DNA from: Octopus sinensis
Taxonomy: Eukaryota
NCBI RefSeq assembly: GCF_006345805.1
Contig: NW_021827417.1
Span: 1 to 10,368 of the forward strand
DNA: 10,368 nucleotides
Reading direction: 5' to 3'
This document shows positions 1 through 6,969 of this stretch, piece after piece. The position numbers and the translations under genes are program-made. Position 1 is the stretch's first letter. Every line of letters begins with the position of its first letter. Under the pieces are notes generated by a model. That model ran no database searches and was not told where the DNA came from. It saw nothing but the letters and a program-made list of their open reading frames with translations.

Positions 1-51
1 CAGAGGAACCCCGATTGGGATACGCTGTTCTAGACGGAAGTTCTGACGAGA

Positions 52-55
<4 letters not shown>

Positions 56-94
<39 letters not shown>

Positions 95-122
95 TATATA
101 TATATATATATATAATATATAT
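56..122. repeat. (TA)n microsatellite, slightly interrupted
   Basis: Directly visible dinucleotide run. Confidence 0.97.
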
Positions 123-943
123 ATTTGTAAAAAATGAGTTCGAAAATGCTGCTATATATTATACAATTTTTAATTTTTATATATACATTATAACATGTTT
201 CAGTTCCTGAAATGAACCTTATCAAAAAATTTATATATAAAAAAGACAGCTCATGCCGTCAAACACAAGAAATTCATTTATAATACACAACAAGGAGTCA
301 GACATCTTAGAGTTCATGTATAGTTGATATATAGTTTGAAGTAAGTTCATTCATGCTATATGTTCAAAGTGTTCGATGCAGTGGCCCACGGTGGCGATAC
401 GTATTCAATACAAAAAACAGATCAAAGTGGTGGAAAGCAGTCAATACAGAAGATTGATGTTTCCGAAAGAGCGAGGAATTCATTTTTACCTTAAGCAATT
501 GTGATGACCCATGGTGGGTATGCGCTGGGTGGTTCTAGTGAGTCTTGTGAGGTGCTCGGTTTTATAATGCCTGTTAGGTGGTCAATCCAGCTTGACTATA
601 AGAGATGTTATCATGAACGAATACCGCAGTAACTTGCCTATGAACGATGTAGAGAGGTTATGTATATAGATTATATGGTAGACAGATGGATGTTTTAATT
701 TAATTCTGTTTCAATTGCGTATACAGGATATCAGATATCAGTTATATAACAGTGTTATATTGTGTTATATTATGGATGGTGACTGTATAATGTGAGTTGG
801 ACGAATTGCTATTACCTTACACAATCAGTAAAACATATAACAGAATCAGCGTCAGTTAAGCACATGTGTTGTGTTGTATTCTTTTGTAGTGATTCCGAAA
901 AATATATTTTTTGTGTGAGTTCTTTTATTGCGTGTATGTGAAA

Positions 944-1005
944 GTGCGTGGCTTAGTGGTCAGGCTATTCGATTCACGATCGGAAAGCGGTGATTTCGAT
1001 TTCCC
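944..1005 (+). mobile_element. Isolated tRNA-like head of the CORE-type SINE family (family B), 3'-truncated
   Basis: GTGGCTTAGTGGTCAGGCTATTCGATTCACGATC aligns with the heads at 2101+ (GTGGCTTAGTGGTTAGGGTATGCGGCTTACGATC) and 7626-. A-box TGGCTTAGTGG at 949-959; degenerate B-box at about 992-1004. Confidence 0.75.
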
Positions 1006-1037
1006 ATATGAAATTTAACTATATCGCTAATGAGTTG

Positions 1038-1078
1038 CCTGAATCGATTTTCGACTCTTATTGGGGTCTCATCAGAGG
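1038..1078 (-). ncRNA. Minimal type I hammerhead ribozyme motif (Penelope-like/retrozyme architecture)
   Basis: Minus strand reads CCT-CTGATGA-GAC(CCCAATAAGA)GTC-GAA-AATCGATT-C-AGG. All core nucleotides are canonical. Stem I is CCT/AGG, stem II is GAC/GTC, stem III is the palindrome AATCGATT. UUC triplet; predicted cleavage between 1041 and 1040. Confidence 0.75.
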
Positions 1079-1118
1079 TGTTTACATCATGTGACCAATC
1101 CCAGAGAAACAAGTAGCC

Positions 1119-1334
1119 ATTCTCTTTTACTCTTTTACTTGTTTCAGTCATTTTGACTGTGGCAATGCTGGAGCACCGCCTTTAGTCGAGCAAATTCTTT
1201 GTAAGCCTAGTATTTATTCTATCGGTCTCTTTTGACGAACCGCTAAGTTACGAGAACGTAAACACACCAGCATCGGTTATCAAGCGATGTTGGGGGGACA
1301 AACACAGACACACATACACACACACACACACACC

Positions 1335-1404
<70 letters not shown>

Positions 1405-1567
1405 CGACGGCTTCTTTCAGTTTCCGTCTACCAAATCCACTCACAAGGCATTGGTCGGCCCGAGGCTATAGTAGAAGACACTTGCCCAAGGTGCCACGCA
1501 GTGGGACTGAACCCGGAACCATGTGGTTGGTAAGCAAACTACTTACCACACAGCCACTCCTACGCCT
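1119..1567 (-). mobile_element. Full-length tRNA-derived SINE, family A, copy 1, with internal (TA)n/(TG)n tract
   Basis: Minus-strand head AGGCGTAGGAGTGGCTGTGTGG with A-box (1546-1556) and B-box GGTTCAGTCCC (1503-1513). CORE-like ACCTTGGGCAAGTGTCTT. 3' tail GGCGGTGCTCCAGCA...GACTGAAAC followed by AAAAGAGT repeats. Aligns with the copies at 1686-2078 and 9523-9927. Confidence 0.92.
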
Positions 1568-1685
1568 GTTTATATATACACTAAATCTAGTGGCCCCGAG
1601 GACTGGAGTTAATTTTTTATACTATGTGTGTTTTACACTTTATTTGATATATTTAATATTATATGCGTATGTCATTTACTGTCAT

Positions 1686-1880
1686 TTACTTGTTTCAGTC
1701 ATTTGATTGCAGCGCCATGCTGGAGCACCGCCTTTAGTCGAACAAATCAACCCCAGAACTTATTCTTTGTAAGTGTAGTACTTATTCTATCGGTTCATTT
1801 TGCCAAACCGCTAAGTTACGGGGACATAAACACACAACCGTCGGTCGTCAAGCGATGGTGGGAGGACAAGCACACACACA

Positions 1881-1921
<41 letters not shown>

Positions 1922-2078
1922 GCTTCTTTCAGTTTCCGTCTACCAAATCTACTCACAAGGCTTTGGTCGGCCCGAGGCTATAATAGAAGACACTTGCCCA
2001 AAGTACCATGCAGTGGGACTGAATCTGGAACCGTGTGGTTGGGAGGCAAGCTTCTTACCACACAGTAACGCTGCGCCT
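1686..2078 (-). mobile_element. tRNA-derived SINE, family A, copy 2
   Basis: Colinear with copy 1 throughout; internal microsatellite at about 1869-1916. Confidence 0.92.
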
Positions 2079-2097
2079 ATGTATATGTGAGTGAAGA

Positions 2098-2381
2098 CAA
2101 GTGGCTTAGTGGTTAGGGTATGCGGCTTACGATCATAAAGTCGTGAGTTCAATTCTCGGTGACACGTTGCGTCCTTGAGCAAGACACTTTATTTCACGTT
2201 AATCCAGTCAAAGATCAATTGTACCTGTAATACTGTGTCATACTAAATCTTCCTGAGAATACGGTACGGGTACGCATGTCTGTGGAGTACTCAGCCCCTT
2301 GCATGACAATTTCACGAGCAGGCTGATCCATTGATAGCAGCAACTGGAACAGTCGTTGTCGTAACCGACGGAGGACCAGTT
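2098..2381 (+). mobile_element. tRNA-derived CORE-type SINE, family B (similar to octopus OR-type SINEs), with internal deletions
   Basis: A-box TGGCTTAGTGG (2102-2112) and B-box GAGTTCAATTC (2145-2155). GTCCTTGAGCAAGACACTTTA resembles the start of the CORE domain (GACCTTGGGCAAGTCACTTAA). The tail ending GTCGTAACCGACGGA is recalled from octopus repeats. Confidence 0.8.
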
Positions 2382-2484
2382 TTAGTTTATATTGTGTACA
2401 AGGAATGTACTGGTGCTGTTGTGCTTTAGAACTAAAAAAAAATCATGTATCGGATTTGGTCTTTACGGACTCTATTAAGGCTAT

Positions 2485-2730
2485 CATTAGGCCCATAACT
2501 ATCTTTGTGAGTTCTAATATGACCCGTATTTTTATTCGTATTTTTGATATTATAGCTCCAGCTATTATTGGTACAGATTTTATTTCTATGACCCACATCC
2601 TGCTTACGATTTCTGGATTCTTGTACATTAACAGTTTCTCTAACTCCTTGCATTTTGGACAGAAGTCATCAAGATGTACGTCGTAGTATTGACGTTTTCC
2701 TTTCTTTCCTTGGTTATTATATCTGTCAAG
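2485..2730 (-). mobile_element. Decayed C-terminal restriction-like endonuclease region of an R4/Dong-like non-LTR retrotransposon
   Basis: The ORF 2443-2838 contains KELEKLLMYKNPEIVSRMWVIEIKSVPIIAGA...ELTKIVMG, matching the family pattern KExEKxxKYxDLxxExxRMWxxxxxxxPIIxGA...EIQKIVLMG. A shifted frame at 2726-2694 gives TDIITKERKEN, resembling the PDIIIKDRKEK catalytic motif. Confidence 0.72.
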
Positions 2731-2804
2731 CTTACCTTCATTTTGTTTTCCCTTTTTTCTTTTTTTCTTTTTGTCAAAGCAGACATGTTCCAAATGATTA
2801 TCTG

Positions 2805-2942
2805 CGTAGATCAATAGCACCGATAAAAATTTTGTCAAAATACCTTGCAGGAGTTATTTACAGTTCTTTACATTTGGAGGTCGATAAAATATGTAAGTAA
2901 AAGTACTACATTGCTGACCTTGTGCCAACATTTAAAATCAAA
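2805..2942 (+). mobile_element. Degenerate SINE, family C: 3' tail clear, head heavily decayed
   Basis: GGTCGATAAAAT...TTGCTGACCTTGTGCCAACATTTAAAATCAA matches my recollection of an abundant octopus SINE tail (TTGCTGCCCTTGTGCCAAAATTTGAAACCAAT). The 5' boundary is uncertain. Confidence 0.55.
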
Positions 2943-3071
2943 GGCGACGAGTTGACAAAATTGCTAAAGCGTCGGCCAGAATGCTTACCGACATTTCAAT
3001 CGGCTTTTTACGATCTGAGTTCAAATTCGTCCAGGCCAACTTAGTCATTCATCCTTTCGAAGTCAGTAAAA
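2943..3071 (+). mobile_element. SINE family C, 5' half (tRNA-like head), 3'-truncated
   Basis: Start GGCGACGAGTTGACAAAATTGCTA, B-box GAGTTCAAATTC (3017-3028), then TTCATCCTTTCGAAGTCAGTAAAA. Matches the recalled consensus GGCGGCGAGCTGGCAGAATCGTTAG...CTGAGTTCAAATTCC...TTTCATCCTTTCGGGGTCGATAAAA. Confidence 0.72.
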
Positions 3072-3310
3072 TTCTCAAAAATTTCTGGTTAAGTGCCTAT
3101 TTTAGAAACAGTTATTATTCCATGTGTTCAAGAAGAACAGCTTTCAATGGATGTACAAGAGTCAAAAGGCGAGAGGTTGAATAGTTTCAAGTAACCAATA
3201 TGGGATTCCCTTAAAGAGGTACATCAACGATATTTGTATTAATATTAGTTGTCTTAGACAATATAGCAAAACGAGGTCATGTGAAAGGCTTAGCAGACAC
3301 ACTGATCAAA

Positions 3311-3343
3311 CAAGCTACTTACCACACAACCACTCCTGCGCCT
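3311..3343 (-). mobile_element. 33-bp head-only fragment of SINE family A
   Basis: CAAGCTACTTACCACACAACCACTCCTGCGCCT aligns with 1535-1567 and the end of copy 2. Confidence 0.85.
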
Positions 3344-3351
3344 ATATATAT

Positions 3352-3409
<58 letters not shown>

Positions 3410-3444
3410 CATATATATATTTATATATATATACACCACACCAC

Positions 3445-3490
<46 letters not shown>

Positions 3491-3540
3491 CAAAGAGAAG
3501 AGAGAGAGAACAGACAGACAGACAGATAGATATACATTCA
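3344..3540. repeat. Compound microsatellite (TA)n/(CA)n/(GA)n/(CAGA)n
   Basis: Directly visible. Confidence 0.95.
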
Positions 3541-3849
3541 ACACATATACGATACATGCATATACAAATACATATATAATGTGTGTATGTATAAGTTAGA
3601 AGTGTTCAAAACCTCTAAAGGATGGTTAAATCCAAAGGCACTCCTGGTGATTACTTGCGCAGGTACAGTCCTTGGTAAATGGTATACGGTAGCAGGTAAT
3701 TCGGCGGGTAAACCGTAGTTTAAATTATAGGCAAGTAGAAAATGGAGGAAAAAATAACAGGAAGAAGTTGGTCGTTTGTTTTTATGTTCAGTTATAATAA
3801 AAAGAATTTTATATGTATATATAAGTTTAATATATATATATATATATAT

Positions 3850-4216
3850 GTCTTGCAAACAACTTGCACATGCAAGTGCTACCAGTTAAAAGCTCCGTAT
3901 ATCGGAAGCTAGCAAGTGTATGGGGTCATCAGGAGAGAATGCGCGCCATTTCGGGGCCTACCTCTCGACGGCATCAATGCGCACCGGCTCCCTCACTGAT
4001 ATGATGCCCCGCTTGCTAGATCAGCTGGTTATGAAGAACTCAATATACTTCTAGCCATCGCTCATCGTCTCTTTTTAACCAAATCCAGTGGCTAGCCTTC
4101 TCCACTGTAGATTGGATATCAGTCATGGTGGTATTGACTTTACGATGAGTTAGGCCTAGTGATAACAACAGTCGTCTCACGCTGTGTCCTACAAACCCTC
4201 TACATCCGACTTATAT
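3850..4216 (-). mobile_element. 3' end of a Hero-clade RLE non-LTR retrotransposon: ORF C-terminus (4216-4040) plus 3'UTR ending at (TA)n
   Basis: Manual translation gives I*VGCRGFVGHSVRRLLLSLGLTHRKVNTTMTDIQSTVEKASHWIWLKRDDERWLEVY*, matching the Hero C-terminus EVGCRGF...L..LG...AEKxSHWxWLKR...W. The conserved Glu codon is now TAA (4213-4211). It has no ATG until mid-fragment, so it is absent from the ORF track. Confidence 0.85.
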
Positions 4217-4519
4217 AGATATATATATCCAAGAATTAAGATATGGAGCAGATAAAATCCGGCTTACATATGTTTCATAGGGAGCGGAACCCGGAAGTGG
4301 TAAATATCCAAGCGAGGTGTACACTGCAGGCTAGGCTTCAGGCCAAGGGTACCTTGATTAAATGAAGTTTACATACATTCCGTAACTCTTGGATTTTTAT
4401 TCGTATACCTGGCAACCCTGGGTGTCTATTGTGAACAAAAAAAAATGTTTTTCAACTTAACGTACTTCGATACGGAAAAAATCCACAACCTTCCACCTCA
4501 ATAACCACTGAATGTATTT

Positions 4520-4537
4520 ATATATGCATGTATGTAA

Positions 4538-4636
<99 letters not shown>

Positions 4637-4665
4637 GTATATATATGTATATATATATGTATGTT
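4520..4665. repeat. (TA)n microsatellite grading into TATG, at the position of the family A internal tract
   Basis: Directly visible; lies immediately upstream of a family A 3' half. Confidence 0.93.
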
Positions 4666-4677
4666 GTGTTGTTTGTC

Positions 4678-4866
4678 TGCTTGACAACCGATGCTGGTGT
4701 GTTTACGGACGTCCCCGTCACTTAGCGGTTTCGGCAAAAGAGACCGATAGAATAAGTACTGGGCTTACAGAGAATAAGTCCAGGGGTCGATTTGCTCAAC
4801 TAAAGGCGGTGCTCCAGCATGGCCGCAGTCAAATGACTGAAACAAGTAAAAGAGAAAGAGAAAAAA
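4678..4866 (+). mobile_element. 3' half of SINE family A (no tRNA head)
   Basis: GCTTGACAACCGATGCTGGTGTGTTTACG...GGCGGTGCTCCAGCATGGCCGCAGTCAAATGACTGAAACAAGTAAAAGAG aligns with the other copies. Confidence 0.92.
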
Positions 4867-4897
4867 TATATATATATATATATACATAAGACAAGGT

Positions 4898-5602
4898 ATT
4901 TTATTTTATTTTATTTTATTTTATTTTATTTTATTTTGTTTCAGCTCACAAGCTGTGGCCCTGCTGGGGCACCGCCATTTAGTGTTGCTACATGATTTTA
5001 CTTCACGAATGCTTTTTTGCAAATGCCATCTGATGCATGAGAGAGTTCGATGCAGCTGCCCTCATCTGCACCTCCTGCCGTGAAGTTGGTTCATCTGGGA
5101 CACCTGACAAGAAGAGATCCAGTTTCATTTTAAAGACATCTGCATCCACCCCATGCAGGTCTCTTAGGTTCTTCGGGAGGATATTGAAGAGCTGTGGGCC
5201 TCGGAAGCCCAGGCTATCACAGTATCTTGTCCTACATCTTGATGGCAAATTTGGAGTCCTTGGGACTATGCAGTGCGCCCAGTTCTGGCATTTGTGTAAC
5301 TCTCGATGCCAAAGTTTGGGACAAGTCCTTCAAGGATCTTCCAGATGTATATTATGGCATATCTTTCTCGCCTACGCTCTAAGGAATAGAGTCTCAATCT
5401 CTTGAGTCTTTCCCAATAGCTTATGTGCTACACAGAGGCTATCTTCTTCGTGTAGCTTTGTTGGATCGCCTCAAGTTCTGTGATTAACTTGACACTGGAT
5501 GGTGACCATAGCTGAGAGCAATAATCAGAGGACCATCATGGTTTCCTGGTCTCTTGTTCTAAAGGTTCTAAGAATCCATCCGGTCAGCCGCCTACATTTC
5601 AT
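4898..5602 (-). mobile_element. 5'-truncated CR1/L2-group LINE: ORF2 C-terminal remnant, short 3'UTR and (AAAAT)8 tail
   Basis: Translation: KCRRLTGWILRTFRTRDQETMMVL / DYCSQLWSPSSVKLITELEAIQQSYTKKIASV*HISYWERLKRLRLYSLERRRERYAIIYIWKILEGLVPNFG... / ...FRGPQLFNILPKNLRDL...FKMKLDLFLSGVPDEP. Inactivated by an internal deletion (about 5527), a premature TAG (5430-5428) and a frameshift (about 5273). (ATTTT)8 at 4898-4937. Confidence 0.9.
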
Positions 5603-5907
5603 TGTATAAATGATGTTCATTACATATTGTTCCTTTATTAAAGTAAATTCGGCTGACAGCTGTTTCCAGTAGTCATTATAGTCATACGTTATTGATAGGT
5701 TTACTCGGTGTAAAAACCAGTCTGACTGGAGCCCCCCACCGCGGATCTACAAGATAGAATGATGATGAACTGTAACCTCGGACCCTGCCATAAGACTACT
5801 TAGAGTTCTTCACTAATCTAAGCAATATTATTTGTCTGGTGTGCCAATAGAGCGCTAATGGAGTATGTTGCCAAAATTGATAATCCCTCACTTTTAGCTC
5901 TGTTTAG

Positions 5908-5908
<1 letters not shown>

Positions 5909-5938
<30 letters not shown>

Positions 5939-5982
5939 CATACATACATACATTTGTATATATATATATATATATATATATA
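5909..5982. repeat. (TACA)n followed by (TA)n
   Basis: Directly visible. Confidence 0.96.
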
Positions 5983-6689
5983 CGTTTTTCCGTAATATTT
6001 CTATCCCTAAATGGTTTATTTTTTTATATCTAACACTATGTCTTTATCCATTTCTAAGTTGAGGGTAAAAATAAAGCAGCCCTGCAAAACACAGTTGATC
6101 TTTCCACACAAGCGAACAGAATAACAACAATCAAATAACGACAGCGGAGTGCGTGACTAACATTGGCGATCTGACTGTCGCCTGTACTCTAGACAAAAGA
6201 TGCCAGTTAATCTAACCAACCTCGTTCGTATTAGCCCGAGTTGCTGGATTTTTCCTTCCTTTAAGAATATTGTAGAACGGAAACTTTTCATAGATTTCAA
6301 TTTAAATCCTAATCTCTATAGAAATTTATTGTTTCAAGAAAACATTGAATTTGAATTACTTTTAATTTTTACGATTATAGATAACAACTTGGGCTGTAAC
6401 TTCTGAGCCAGAGTCAGGAGCGTGTGAAAGATGTCAAGAGCACGTCTGTTACAAATGATATCTTTTGACACAGGGCACCTCTAAGACAACTGCTAGCCGC
6501 TGAATGGAAATAAATAAACTGCGACCAGGCTCAATAGAAGGAGCCCGAGTTATTGGCTGGAATTACATACTTGAAGTCAGTGTTGGGCAGAAATTAAATC
6601 AGCTTGCAAATACACGTTCACTTTGCTAAATTTATACTCGGGGTATGCGCGAACAGCTCGAGTGCCGGAGTCGCCACTGATGTATATAT

Positions 6690-6873
6690 AGATCGCTAGC
6701 CACTATACATTCTTTATTTTCTCCCCTTGTTTCTTTCTGTGTTCCTTTCTGTGGAAGAGCGTAGGCTCGAAACGTTAAAGACTTTTTCATTTCCCGAGCG
6801 TTATACTAATACATCTGTTTGTTGTCTACACCACCTGTCTTCGTCTTCTGTTTTTTTTTATGTGAATTCTCCT
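6690..6873 (+). mobile_element. Probable Penelope-like terminal-repeat fragment abutting (TA)n; 5' boundary uncertain (may extend to about 6570)
   Basis: Contains a hammerhead-like motif (6745-6780). The sequence GAGCGTAGGCTCGAAACG...CCCGAGCGTTATACTAATACATCTG...GAATTCTCCT is one I recall as an abundant TA-flanked octopus repeat (not verified). Confidence 0.5.
6745..6780 (+). ncRNA. Minimal hammerhead-like motif with variant core
   Basis: CTTT-CTGTGGA-A-GAGC(GTAG)GCTC-GAA-ACGT-T-AAAG. Stem I CTTT/AAAG, perfect 4-bp stem II, palindromic ACGT stem III. The core has A6->U and an extra A after A9. Confidence 0.5.
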
Positions 6874-6906
<33 letters not shown>

Positions 6907-6917
6907 TATATATATAT

Positions 6918-6968
<51 letters not shown>
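6874..6968. repeat. (TA)n microsatellite
   Basis: Directly visible. Confidence 0.97.

Positions 6969-6969
<1 letters not shown>

Noticed and set aside
490-571. Possible minus-strand exon bounded by CTAACAG and AAG|GTAAAA
   Set aside because: Weak polypyrimidine tract and no recognisable peptide; indistinguishable from chance without RNA-seq.
944-1005. tRNA genes at the tRNA-like heads (also 1500-1567, 2098-2160, 2943-3030, 7560-7626)
   Set aside because: No acceptor stem or full cloverleaf; most continue into SINE body sequence, and the head at 944-1005 matches the other family B heads.
1671-1690. GTCATTTACT tandem duplication as a target-site duplication
   Set aside because: Both copies are on the same side of the SINE; slippage at the SINE tail is a better explanation.
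3920-3960. Minus-strand CCCC-GAAA...CTGATGA-CCCC resembling a permuted hammerhead
   Set aside because: The stem II arms (CCCC and CCCC) cannot pair, stem I cannot form from CTCTC, and CTGATGA is already used in the long 3'UTR hairpin.
4284-4300. Housekeeping promoter (ETS motif CCGGAAGTG; YY1-like CGCCATTT at 3944)
   Set aside because: The motifs lie inside transposon-derived sequence and no downstream exon is evident.
5717-5729. Palindrome CCAGTC-T-GACTGG
   Set aside because: A 6-bp arm with a 1-nt spacer is expected by chance in 10 kb, and there is no supporting context.
5756-5850. C/D snoRNA (ATGATGA C-box at about 5758)
   Set aside because: No D-box CTGA or terminal stem at a suitable distance.
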